A stretch of DNA of 64,000 bases from Basidiobolus meristosporus CBS 931.73 (lineage: Eukaryota; Fungi; Basidiobolomycota): NCBI GenBank assembly GCA_002104905.1, contig MCFE01000102.1:62001-126000 (forward strand). The letters run 5' to 3'. The position numbers were made by a program, and so were the translations under genes. A model generated the notes under the pieces. That model searched no databases. It saw only the letters and a program-made list of their open reading frames with translations, and was not told the DNA's origin. Of the stretch, positions 39,639 through 51,784 are shown piece by piece. The first letter of the stretch is position 1, and each line of letters begins with the position of its first letter.

Positions 39639-40699
39639 TGTGGTGGTGTATAGGTCCAAGGGAGAGATACGTCCAACACTTCTCAAGTGTTTTGTGTGTG
39701 GGGTGTTCACTGGGTGCAATAACCTCTGGCAAAAGCTTGCTAGGAATACTTGGGTTCTGTCTCTAATCTAATGTGAAGGGGAATAAAGCCACAAGCTTGT
39801 CAAGGGAAAACTATTGAGCTACAATCCCCAACTTAGTTGGCGTCTTAACAAAAGTATGTGCTGGGTTCAGCGTCCTTTGAGATAACAATGTACTAAAGCT
39901 TCCAAAGTCAAAACAACTGTAAACTCCACCAGCAGGGACTTGATAAGAATGCAGCTGTGGTCAATAGTTACAAAGACAGAAAAGTATCTTTGCCTGTACA
40001 AGAACAAACTTGGGAAAGAATCAAATATAATAAAAGATACCTACTCTGAGTATTCCTCACAAGTAGTGCCTCCAAGGTCAGTTGGCTGTCAGCGCGGTTT
40101 CCTGGGAGTGTCCTGTGGTCTGGGGTTGGAAGTTCAGGTAGCAGTGATCACACTAATCAACAAGTCGGTATATTGATAAAAGGGATGATGATTTATTGTA
40201 GAGGGATAGCCTCCCTTATATACTTTTCTCACTGGCTAAGTGATTACTAATCATGGTGTTCCAGAAGGTTCCGGATATCAATAGAAATCTTAATGACATC
40301 AGAATGACCTACAAATGTTCTAAGTAGGTGCCGGAAGGTTCTAAGAGGCACAGCACATCCAACCAATCAGGAATCAGTATTCTGAAACCTGTGTAACATG
40401 GGGATACCATATATGGTATGGAAATGGTAGGGATGGTGACACGGGTTGATCAGGTGTCACGGGTACTGGCGCGGGTACTTGCCTAATATAGAAGCACTTG
40501 TAGCTAGTAATCTTACATAAAGTGAGGGGTAACTTATGCAATAAGGTAAGCAGGTGTGATAGTCAACTGGCTTATGGGATAGTACTGACTGGGTAAGACA
40601 AATGGGATAAAACTAAAATGAGTGTAGTAGGGATATAGGGAAGTAGAAAATAAGGGAATGAGCACATCTGTCAGTGGGTGTCACTGTCACCCCACTACA
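39639..40699 (-). repeat. Gypsy-type solo LTR (family G-a, 1061 bp), inverted, inside copia gag
   Basis: Reverse complement of 37803-38861; 4-bp TSD GCGC at 39635-39638 and 40700-40703; removal restores gag KSSANKKEEE. Confidence 0.95.
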
Positions 40700-42944
40700 G
40701 CGCCAATAAGAAGGAAGAAGAAAGTGCCTTAATAAGCAATGAGAACCAACAAAGGAGGTACCCAAGACCCTACAAAGGCAACAGCAACCTGTTTTGTAAC
40801 TACTGCAAAAGGAAAGGACACACATCAGACCAGTGTCTCAAAAAGAAAGATAATCAGCAAAAGATGCCTGAATATGGAAATGCTGCAACAACTGAAGATA
40901 GACTATTCATATCTGCACTAAATATGACCACAAACAAGGATTCTCAGATGTGGTATATTGACTCTGGAGCATCTCAACACTTTACACACCAAAAAGAACT
41001 TTTTACCCAATATCAAGAAATTCCAATTAAGAAGGTTTTCATGGGTGACAATAGAACACTTGATGCAGTGGGCGAAGGAACTATCCAAGTAAACCGTAGA
41101 AGCAGTGAAGGAAGCCATGCACTGACCTTTAAAGAAGTACTCTATGTACCAGAAATAGCCAAGAACCTACTCTCTTTGAGCAAGGCCACAGTAGAAGGAC
41201 TCAGTTTCAGTTTTGACAATTCTGGATGCAGGATCACTGATCAAAATGGTGCCCATATTGCTTTGGGCATCAGAGATCAGAATCTATACAAGTTGACTTA
41301 TATTCCATCATATCTGGAAGCCAATATAAGTAACTTAAATGAAGAAACACCAATGCTTTGGCACAGGAGATTTGGACACATCAATTTTGATTATTTGCGT
41401 AAAATGGTCAAAGATCAGCTAATTTTTGGAGTGAAAATTGATCCCCCAGCTAATTTGGATCACTGTGAAGCCTGCATATATGGGAAACAAGCCAGACAAC
41501 CATTCAAGAGCTCTGGGTTAATCAAAACTAAGAAAAAATTAGATCTAATTCACTCAGATCTGTGTTGACCTATGCAAAATTTATCCTTAAGCGGGATGAA
41601 GTATTTAATAACTTTTACTGATGATTATACAAGATACACATGGGTCTACTTCATGAAGAGAAAGGAAGAAGCTCTGTCTAAGCTCAGGGAGTTTAAAGCC
41701 ATGGTTGAGAGAGAAACTGGTGAAAAAATCAAGAAAATACGCTCTGACAATGGTGGAGAATATACCTCAAAACTCTTCATCCACTTCTGCAAAATTCATG
41801 GGATGAAGCAAGAGACTACTGCACCATACTCCCCACAGCAAAATGGAGTAGCAAAATAAGCTAACAGATCAATAATTGATATGGCCAGATCTATGATCCA
41901 TGATCAAAAATTATCCTATGATTTTTGGGCGGAATCAGTTGCCACTGCTGTATACCTTAAAAATAGGAGTTATAACAGAATACTTTGTGATTCTACTCCA
42001 TTTGAAGCATGGAATGGATTCAGACCAAGTGCAAAACATCTAAGAATATTTGGGTGTACAGCATATGCCAAAAAACTGGCTGGAAATCAGTCAAAATTTG
42101 AGCCAAAAAGTGTAAAATGCATTTTTTTGGGCTACTGCAATGAGAGTAAGGCATACAGACTCTACAATACCAAAGCAAAGAAGATTATCAAGTCCAGGGA
42201 TGTGTTGTTTGATGAAAATTCAAAATTTTCACAAAAAATGACATCAGATGATGACAAAAACTTGATCTCAAACCCACCAATTGTCAGGATTGAATCAGAG
42301 CAAAACAATGAAAATTTTTTCACTCCAGAGGACTCTACAACTGTGGTTCAGCCAGAATCAGTGCCCAGGAATATCCCAGAAGTGATCATTCCAGTATCAA
42401 ATGCCCGGAGATCCAATTGGACAAGAAATAGCCCAAATTACTATATTAATGAGGGTACAAACTTAGCCTATGCCTATTCAGTCCATATTAATGAGCCCCA
42501 GACTGTAAAAGAGGCCCTAAATAGCCCTCAGACAAAGTTTTGGAGATCTGCAATGACTGAGGAATATCAGGCCCTGATGGAAAATCCAACTTGGGACTTA
42601 GTCAAGTTACCAATCAACCAAAAATCAATTGGATGCAGATGGGTCTTCAAGACAAGATACAAGGCTGATGGTACAATTGAAAGATGCAAAGCAAGACTTG
42701 TAGCCAAAGGTGACTCTCAAACAAAAGGACTTGACTATACTGAGACCTTTGCACCAGTAGCCAAGTTTAATTCCATCAGATTAATATTGGCTATTGCAGC
42801 CAAATATAAGTTTTTTATTCATCAAATGGATGTAAAAACTGCATTTTTGAATGGAGAACTTGATGAGGACATGTATATGAACCAGCCTGATGGGTTTGTT
42901 GACCAAGATAACCCCCATTAGGTCTGCAAGCTTAAAAGGTCACT

Positions 42945-43678
42945 AGACTAGTTCTGTTGGATAGTGCCACATTGAGCCATGAGTGCCAAATGATGCCATA
43001 GCATGCCAGAGAAGCCAAGTGAGCCTATACTTGGCCACAGAGTGTGAAACATGGATCTGCATCTTCATGCAAAGCAGCCCCTGTGTTTCACCTATGATGC
43101 AGGAGAAAATCCATTTTTTGACGTTTTTTTGTGGATCAATGTTATGCAGGATGTGTAAGAGCACAGAAGAACTGAAGACATGCATCAGGTACTCAATACC
43201 CATGGCACTCTGAATCTAGCTCCTGTGGCTTGTAACATGTCACAACAATGCATGGCACTATCTTGGTCCACTGGTACTATCTGGCACTATATTTAATTAT
43301 TAGCCCTAAAGTAAGATCTATACAAAGCACTTATAGTGCCAGATAGTACCAGTGGACCAAGATAGTGCCATGCATTGTTGTGACATGTTACAAGCCACAG
43401 GAGCTAGATTCAGAGTGCCATGGGTATTGAGTACCAAATGCCTATTTTCAATCCTTTTGTGCTCTTACACATCCTGCACAACATTGACCTAAAAAAAAAG
43501 GTCAAAAAATGGATTTTCTCCAAAACAATTGGTGAAACACAGGGGCTGCTTTGCATGAAGATACAGATCTATGTTTCACACACTGTGGCCAGGTATAGGC
43601 TCACTTAGCCTCCCTGGCACACTATGGCATCATTTGGCACTCATGGCTCAATGTGGCACTATCCAACAGAACAAGTCT
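42945..43678. mobile_element. Fold-back MITE copy 3 (734 bp) inside copia RT
   Basis: 347-bp inverted arms (42945-43291 and 43332-43678) with a 40-bp spacer; TSD ACT at 42942-42944 and 43679-43681; removal restores SLYGLKQSPRA. Confidence 0.95.
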
Positions 43679-45416
43679 ACTCTATGGTCTCAAACAATCA
43701 CCAAGAGCCTAGAATTGTAAGATAGATTCTTATTTGGAATCTTTGAGTTTCAAAAGGAGTAATGCTGACTATAGTATATATTATAAGCCAGATAGAGCAA
43801 ATCCAGTTCTATTAGCTCTATATGTGGATGATCTTATTATAGCCGCCAATAACCTAGAAACATTGGAAGAGACTAAATCCAGCCTATCTAAGGAGTTCAA
43901 GATGTCCAATCTAGGAGAACTTAGTTACTACTTAGGGATTAAGTTCTCCATAGACAGAAGTACCCAGACTATCACCCTAAGTCAATCCAAGTATATTCAA
44001 GATATACTAAAGAAGTACAAAGTGGAAGACTGTAAACTGGCAGCTACCCCAGTGGAGACAAACCTTAACTTGGTCAAAACTCAACCAAATCAAGAGAGCT
44101 TGGTGCCATCTGAAAGCCCTGACTTTCCTTATCAATCTATAGTTGGCAGGCTGATGTATATCATGCTTGGAACACATCCAGATATCTTATATTCAGTGGG
44201 AGTTGTCAGCCAGCATAATCAGTATTATGGATCTGATCATATTGCAGCAGTTAAGCGGATTTTTAGATACCTAAAAGGAACTGCTGATATCTGCTTAAGA
44301 TACACTTATAAGAATTCAGAACAGGATGTTGTGGGATACTCTGATGCTGATTGGGGACAAAATTTGGAAGACAGAAGATCCACCACAGGATACACCTTTC
44401 TTTACTGTAAAGGAGCAATTTCATGGAATTCAAGAAAGCAACCAACCATAGCACTTTCTACTACAGAGGGAGAGTATATGGCAGCCTGTGAAGCTACAAA
44501 AGAAGCAATATGGTTAAGAAAACTCTTAACAGATTTAGGCCTATGTCAAAAAACGCCTATTACTTTATTTCAAGATAATCAAGGATGTATACAATTAGGT
44601 AGAAATCCAACTTTTCATGCTAGAACCATGCACATAGATATTAGACATCATTTCATACGTGAAGCTATAGAGAATAACTTAGTTAGCTTAGTTTACTGTC
44701 CTACAGATGAAATGATTGCAGACATATTTACCAAACCATTAGCTAGAGACAAGTTTGAATATCTTAGGTCAAAATTAGGACTAGTCAGTATGAACATTTA
44801 GCTGAGTGGGAGTGTTGTAAAAATTGGTATTTCCACCCAAATAGTCACCTAACTTAGTCACTTAGATCATTACCTTCAAATCCTAGAGAATACTGACCGA
44901 ATTCCTTGTTGGGATTTACTTAGAATATTTTCACCAAAATACCAGGTACCCAGAACATGAAAATTCTCAAAGTTGTCCAAACAGCCCCAATCTTTGCACA
45001 CATGCTCTTAGGATCTTCCTTAACCTATTCCACGTGTTTGGAATGCCAAGACCAGGTAAAAGTATAAATACTACTTTTACATTCAATAAATCATTAAGTG
45101 AAAACTACATAATCTACTTGTTCTTCCAATCACTTCCAATATCTCCAAGACTCTTACAACAGTATTTACACTTTTACATAATTTTGCTAAGCAAGCATAT
45201 GGACAATGCTTGAAGAATCCCAAGTGCATATATGCAAAGCTCTAGGGCAGTCTGAAACATATCTAGATATCTTATGCTCTGAGTACTTTGTATTTTGGTG
45301 ATATATTCCAAGCAAATCCCAATAAGAAATTTGGTAAGAAATCTCCAAGATATGTGAGCAACCATCTAAGTGACTCAGTTAGGGCAATATATTGGTGTAG
45401 TAATAGAGCTTACAAG

Positions 45417-46587
45417 TCTGGGTATATTCAAGATACACCTAGGAAGTAACTAATGGAAGACTGTAGTGGGCAGCTACCCCAATGGAGACAATCCATAACT
45501 TGATCAAAATGCAGCTAAATCAGTAGAGCTGGGTGCCATCTGAAAGTGCAGACTTTCTGTATTAATCTACAGCCAGCAGCATAATATCTACCATGCTAGT
45601 AACATGTCCAGATATCTCATATTCAGTGGGAGTTGTCATCCAGCATAGTCAGAATTAAAGATCTGCTCATTTTGCAGCAGTTATGTGCAATAGTAGATAC
45701 TTCAGAGGAGCTGTCAATATCTGCTTAAAATATGCCCCAATGAATCCACAACAGGATCTTCTGGAGTACTCTGATGTGGACTATGCAAAAAATCTGGAAG
45801 ACAGTAGATCCACAATATTTTACTCCTTCCTTGACTGTAAAGGAGCAATCTCAAGAAATTCAGGAAAGCAACAAAATGTAGCACTTTCCACCACAAAGGC
45901 AAAGTATAAGGCAGCCTGTGATGCTACAACAGTGGTGCTGTGGCTAAGAAAGTAAGCCATCAGCTGGAGACAAGATTGAATATCTTAAATCACAATTGGG
46001 ACTAGTTATTATAAGTATTCAATTAAGTGAGAGTGTTGTAGAATTTGTAATTTGGCCTAAACACTCACCTAACTTAGTTACTCAGATCAATACCTACAAA
46101 TCTTTACTTAGAATATTATCACCAGAATATCAGGTACACTAAATATGTGATTTTGATAAGTTGTCCAAGCACTACAAGTGCTTTATATGGGTCTTACTTT
46201 AGGGCCAATATTTAAATATAGTGCCAAATAGTATCAGTGGACCAAGATAGTCCCATGCATCTTTGTGACATGTTACAGACCTCTGCAGCTAGATTCAGAG
46301 TGCCACAGGTGTAGAGTACCAAATGCATGTCTTCAGTCCTTCTGTGCTCTTATACATTATGCACATCATAGACCCCCAAAAAAAGATCAAAAAATGGATT
46401 TTCTCTGGCACAGTAGGTGAAACACAGGGGCTGCTTGGCATGAAGATGTAGAACTATCTCTCACAATCTGTGGCCAGGTATAGTTCTACTTTGCCTCTCC
46501 AGCACATTATGGCATTATTTGGCACTCATGGCTCAATGTGGCACTATCCAACATAATAAGTCTAATATCTCCAAAACTCTTACAATA
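45417..46587 (+). mobile_element. Older degenerate copia 3' fragment (RT/RNase H plus LTR 46034-46587)
   Basis: YSDVDYAKNLEDSRST..VALSTTKAKYKAACDAT..WLRK; PPT-like AAGTGAGAG, then an LTR TGTTGTAG...TTACAATA. Confidence 0.85.
46169..46563. mobile_element. Fold-back MITE copy 4 (left arm deleted)
   Basis: Spacer plus one full arm ending AAGTCT, followed by AAT of the host LTR. Confidence 0.85.
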
Positions 46588-47129
46588 GAAAAGCCATGAT
46601 TTCTAAATGCAAGTTCAAACCTGTAGTTCCCATATGTGTAGGCTTGTAAGCCTTTTTTGTTGTCACTGATCTTCATTATTGCTGACCAAGTAACACAGTT
46701 GGTCAAACAAAGCTTCCATCAGCTCTTGAGACTGAAGTAAATATGGTGGGCTCTGAGTATTATTTTATGACTAGGAAATCAGTCAATAAGGAGCCATTAA
46801 CACTGAAGAATTAAAATGAAGTTGTGAACCATCATGGCTGACATGGTTACTCAGCCAGTTGGCTCAAGTAGGGAAAAACTCACACCTCCGATGTTCTCAA
46901 CGGTTGTCCATAGGTCTGTCAAAAAGTTTGATTAGACAATAGAAACTGAGACATCACAAGACAAGGAATTCAATGAAGGGGGACGGGATGCCATGGTTTT
47001 AGTGAGCAGGATGGATGATGAGGTTGGAAAATTTCCATCGATTTCCGGCCACCAATAAATCCGGCTGAATTCAACAGTGGCCGAATAAATTCCCTGGGCA
47101 GTACTCCTTTCCACCTGACCACCTAGAGC

Positions 47130-48904
47130 ATGCCTGATGAAACGATCACCTTAACACCTTCGGTAATCTCCTCTTTCAAGGTAGCCAGAACGTTTCGGGA
47201 TGTGACGAGGCCCACCACCTCGTTGAGCTTCGATGATCGGGGCGAATTCTGCGTGGTTGCCTCGGCTGATGACAGTATACGCTTATATGATTGCTTGGGA
47301 GGAAAGTAAGTGGCGTTACAGCGTTTCACGAAAGTCCCTCCATCGAAACTTATCCCGCCTCTCTCCCACCATAAGACTTAGCAAGAGCGTTTTCAGTAAA
47401 CGATACGGGGTTCATCTAACTCGATTCACCCACCACCAAAACAACGTGCTTCACTCGTCGACGCGGGAGGAAGGTAAAGATCTTTTTGAGGAAGACTCAC
47501 TGCACGGTAACTTACCAAGAACCCTTACCCTCACCCTAACCCTAGACGCCATCAGGTACCTCTCGTTACACGACAACAAGTACATTAGGTTTTTTCGCGG
47601 ACACAAGCGTCGGTAAGGAGCTTTAATTGGAAGAGCGTTCTGGAGTGACCGACCCCGCTTACGCACTTTTTTTCATATCAGAGTGGTAGCGTTAGACATG
47701 TGCCCGCTGGACGATCAGTTTCTCTCCGGTAGCTTGGATGGCACCGCACGTTTGTGGGACTTACGCACGCAGAATTGCTCGGTCAGTGTCCCCGCCAATA
47801 GCTGTTCTTGATCAACAAGGGGGCTGACTTCTTTCGTCTCTCTAGGGCGTAGTGAAAACAACCGGCCGCCCTTGTGTCGCGTTCGACCCCTCTGGAGTGA
47901 TCTTTGCCACGGGCTTGGAATCCTCCACCATCCGACTGTACGATTTAAAGAATTATGACAAGGTAAGTTGGGGTTACCACCCTTTCCACCTCCTTCACAC
48001 TGTTCGACCATGTCGTCGACTCACATGAATTCTTTTCTGCAGGGCCCCTTTGCCACATTCCTAACCCAAGAGGTATTGAGCAAAATGAACGGATATACTC
48101 CAGCGGAATGGACCTCAATCAAGTTTAGCCAGGACGGGGCATTCCTCCTGGTGACCACCACCGGAGATGTTCATTATGTGCTGGATGCCTTCAACGGGGA
48201 TATCAAACACCAATTAACTGGCCATCATCGACTAGGCATTGATGGTGGTGAGGAAGCAGGGTTCAGCCCCGATGGCAAATCCGTCTATTCAGGTATTGTG
48301 AATCGTCCACCTCCCCCCTTCACCACCGCACCTCAATTCCAACTCTTTCTACTTTCAATAGGATCTCACAACGGGGCCATATGCTTCTGGGATCTACAGA
48401 ACCCTGCGCCGAACGGCCGCCCGGCGAAAACCCTGCCCGGCCACGTGGCGCCGGCCAAAGTGGTCGGATTCAACCACCAGTACGCGATGATGGTTTCCGC
48501 GGGAATGAACTGTGAAATGGTAAGTGACGAGACGAAGAGAAGTGAATTGATGTGAAGCGAATCGACCCAAGTTCCCCATCGCTTCCAAGCTATGAAGATT
48601 GGATGGTTTTATGAAGAGTCGTAGAGCAAGCCAGAGGCCAGTCGATTCGTGAATCGACTGGACTTGACCAGGGCAACCGACATTTCATTGAACTCGTATC
48701 ATACGTCGATTTCGTCACGGTTACCCCGCGTAATGGTGGCGATCTCTTCAGAAGTGACCTTGATATGATGCTGAAATGAGACAAGCCATCGCTCGTTCCC
48801 CTCCCACGTTTTCCTGAATCCCACTAACTTTCCCCTACTATTCACAGGCTTTCTGGGAACCTGAGATTAGGCCCCTGGGCTTTGGTGATCGTGACCGTAG
48901 GTAG
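47130..48904 (+). CDS. SWD2: WD40 protein Swd2/Cps35/WDR82 (COMPASS and cleavage-polyadenylation subunit), spliced
   Basis: Exons splice by GT-AG to [82 protein letters not shown]. Confidence 0.92.
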
Positions 48905-49143
48905 ATGACTTCGCCACGCCCTCTCCCTCCCCCCTCCAGCCTCCGCACCCAACTAATCGCAATTCTCTCGGAGAATCTGAGCACACCATCTCACATTGGG
49001 CATATACCTGATACATCTCATAGAAACCTCCTGTATTCATATCTAATAAATCACCCTCGAGGTCACTTGTCGATTAAAGTTAAGCCGGAATGGGACGATG
49101 CATTATGGACCAGGTGAAACCCACGGGTAGCATTGAATCAGCT

Positions 49144-49150
49144 TGACTCA
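49144..49150. promoter_or_regulatory. Gcn4/CpcA (AP-1-type) site TGACTCA upstream of ARG2
   Basis: TTGACTCAT about 280 bp before the ARG2 ATG. Confidence 0.55.
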
Positions 49151-49430
49151 TCCGTAAATGAACACACCATTGGCACGTTGATCCGATATCGATCTGTCAA
49201 CCCATCCACCATTTTCACATGGGCCATCATCCGGTGGATTCAGAGAGGGTGGGTGGGTAGATGGGAGGTCGGTTGACCACGATTCCCTTCGGAAGCTTCT
49301 TATAGTCCTTAGCGACCTTCGATTCACCGCAAACCACTACCACTCTGGTCGTTTCCATCCCTTGGCTCAGAGTTCGTTAGGCCAACCAAACTGCGACAGC
49401 ATTGCTGAACTTCCTCTTACTGGACACCCC

Positions 49431-51300
49431 ATGCTCCGAAACCCTTTTCCCCTTTCTCTCAAGCCTCTCGCCCGGTCCGCTTTGCGGGCGTCAGGGTCGG
49501 GCCGACTAAACGCCTACCGAAGACAACAGCGAGTCTGCCTCTCCGCGTGTGCCGTCAACAACGTAGGCGGTTCAATTTTGCATCCAACTCACCTTCCCGT
49601 CACAGAATCTCACCTTGCCAACGTTGAGCTAGAGGCTGAAAGCCCAACCGTCACCGGAGCCGAAACCGAAGCCGGCCTTCTCCAAACACGACGAACGGGT
49701 AAGTGCCACGTCGCGCTCCAAGGCCCCGTTCCTAACCACTGATCACTTGAAACAGGACCTCATCTACGAGGTATTGAGCACTGTACCTAGCCAGCGTGAG
49801 GCAAGACACTTCTTACGTCGGTTCGTGAACAGTCAGGAGGGAGAGGTGAAGAAGAACCAACGGCCGAAGGAGTACGTGGAGTCGCTGCTCTCCCGTGAGA
49901 AGGCCAATTTCCTTGGCCTGATCAAGATACAGCCCCCTTTTACCGAAGGATTGTTTGACACGGTGGCGCCCACCCTGGTCCACCTGAAACGTTTAGGCTT
50001 GATGCCGATCGTGCTGCTAGACCATGACCTCGAGGAGGTCGAACCCTCCGTTCAGCAAGGGGAGCTCGAGAAGCTCGACCACAGAAAGAGACGGGCTCTA
50101 CAGGAGGCTTTGAAGCTGGTGGACGCCATCGAACACGCTGGGGGCAGAAGCCGGGTTCTGGACGACCAGGTTTTCTTCCTCAGCCAACGCGGTCAAACAC
50201 GGTCCAGCGCAGACGCCCCTTCCGACATCATGCTCAATCCAAACGACCAGGAGGATTACGTTACGGCCCAGCTGAAGGGGGTGTTCAAATCCTTGGAGAT
50301 TGGTCAGATCCCAGTGATCGTCCCCATCGGCACCACCGACACCTCCATCTCCAAACCGGTCAAATCGGACCCTGCCATGATCGCATTGTCCCAGGCGCTG
50401 GGGCGGATGCAGAGCGTGGAGATGGACTCCCATACATCCGTCAAGCTGATGATAATCAATCAAGATGGCGGGATCCCCTCACCACAGCACCACGGTGCCA
50501 TCGGATTCATCAATCTTAAGGACGAATACTCGGAGATCATGGCCAACTTGCAAACAGACTCCACCAATCCATCCAGACGCCATGTCACCACACTAACCAT
50601 GATCAAACAGAGCCTGGAGAACCTCCCGGTGGACAGCTCGGCCATCATTGTCCCCGCCAAATCCTCCCGCCTGTTGATCTCGAACTGGATCCGAGACAAG
50701 CCGCTCTACTCCGCCGGTCAGCCCAAGTCCCAGCAGGCGCAGGTGAACTCGAGTGTGATCCGACGCGGGTTCGAGGTGAAGATCTATCGGGGCCTGGAGG
50801 GGCTGGACATCGAGAAATTAAACAACTTGCTGGAGCTGGCCTTTGCGAAGCCGTTGGACAAGAGTGGCTTCTGGAAACGGGTGGAAACATGCCTGTCCTC
50901 GGTGATCGTCGCGGGAGATTACCAGGGAGCGGCCATTGTGACCAACGAGCACCAGACCCATCCGTATTTGGACAAGTTCGCGGTGGATCCGAAGAAGCAG
51001 GGTGGCGGGATTGCCGATATATTGTGGAAGAAGCTGACCTCGGCTTATCCGGAGCTAACCTGGCGGAGCAGAAAGGACAACGGGGTCAACAAATGGTAAT
51101 CGGCACTTGCATCCCTGAATGAATACGTGCTCACCATTGAATGATCTAGGTACTTCGAACGCAGCGATGGAAATGTACGAATTCCGGATACCAACTGGGT
51201 GCTGTTCTGGTACGGAAGAAATGGAATTGACAATTTAGACGAGTATTACAAGATAGCTAAGGAGATTCCACCCTCATTCCACAGTATGAAACACAAATAG
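49431..51300 (+). CDS. ARG2: Mitochondrial N-acetylglutamate synthase (amino-acid N-acetyltransferase)
   Basis: Proposed exons 49431-49562, 49633-49698, 49756-51095 and 51150-51300. Arg/Ser-rich targeting peptide; VLSTVPSQREARHFL; LIKIQ..TLVHLKRLGL; NAT/DUF619 motifs YLDKFAV and WRSRKDNGVNKWYFERSDG. No reductase domain, so not ARG5,6. Confidence 0.9.
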
Positions 51301-51528
51301 CATGCAGTACGCGATGATGTATTCGTGATACCCAATGTAATGTAATATATATTAGTAAAACCGCCGTCACATGGAATCCCATTGGCCCGTTAGTCATTGC
51401 GGAGAAATCCCAGAATCATCTGTTCGGAACGGCTTGGCAGGTCAATAGGGTGTCGGTAATTGGTGTAGCATGTAGCGATGAGGAGAGAGCTGCTGGATAT
51501 GAACTGCCTCAACATCCCGATCTAATGA

Positions 51529-51564
51529 ACCGTAATCTACCGTAATCTACCGTAATCTACCGTA
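51529..51564. repeat. 10-bp tandem repeat (ACCGTAATCT) x3.6
   Basis: Directly visible. Confidence 0.85.
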
Positions 51565-51784
51565 GCATATTTCCTGCATCGATTTTCCGCTGGCCATCCG
51601 ATTTTGGAAACGCCGGGTGTCCGGCTTTAGAATTCCCTCCAGAGAAAGGGATTTTTTAAGCGGGACTCGGGTTTCACACCGTGTGATTGGTAAGCGACGA
51701 CCGGACCGACAATATATATACATGTGAAGAGCGCACCAGAGCGACCACTTCAATTGTACAGTTCATATTTTAATTCCCTCCCCA

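Larger units (their letters stand above)
37612..45161 (+). mobile_element. Full-length Ty1/copia retrotransposon (inactive; three nested insertions)
   Basis: LTRs 37612-39023 (interrupted) and 44813-45161. 5-bp TSD GTATT at 37607-37611 and 45162-45166. Gag, CCHC knuckle, WYIDSGASQH protease, LWHRRFGH, integrase, RT and RNase H occur in copia order, with stops at ~41566 and ~41857. Confidence 0.98.

Noticed and set aside
38821-39771. 316-aa ORF as a novel fusion gene
   Set aside because: It is a chance read-through across gypsy LTR, copia LTR, gag and a second gypsy LTR.
38324-40176. Duplicated identical 78-aa ORF (38324-38560 and 39940-40176) as a real gene
   Set aside because: It simply reflects the two inverted LTR copies; it starts at a non-ATG codon and has no recognisable domain.
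1-46873. Classical CpA-type RIP as the main mutational process
   Set aside because: The diagnostic differences I traced map mostly to CpG, and CpA/TpG remain abundant; a minor non-CpG component cannot be excluded without computing the spectrum.
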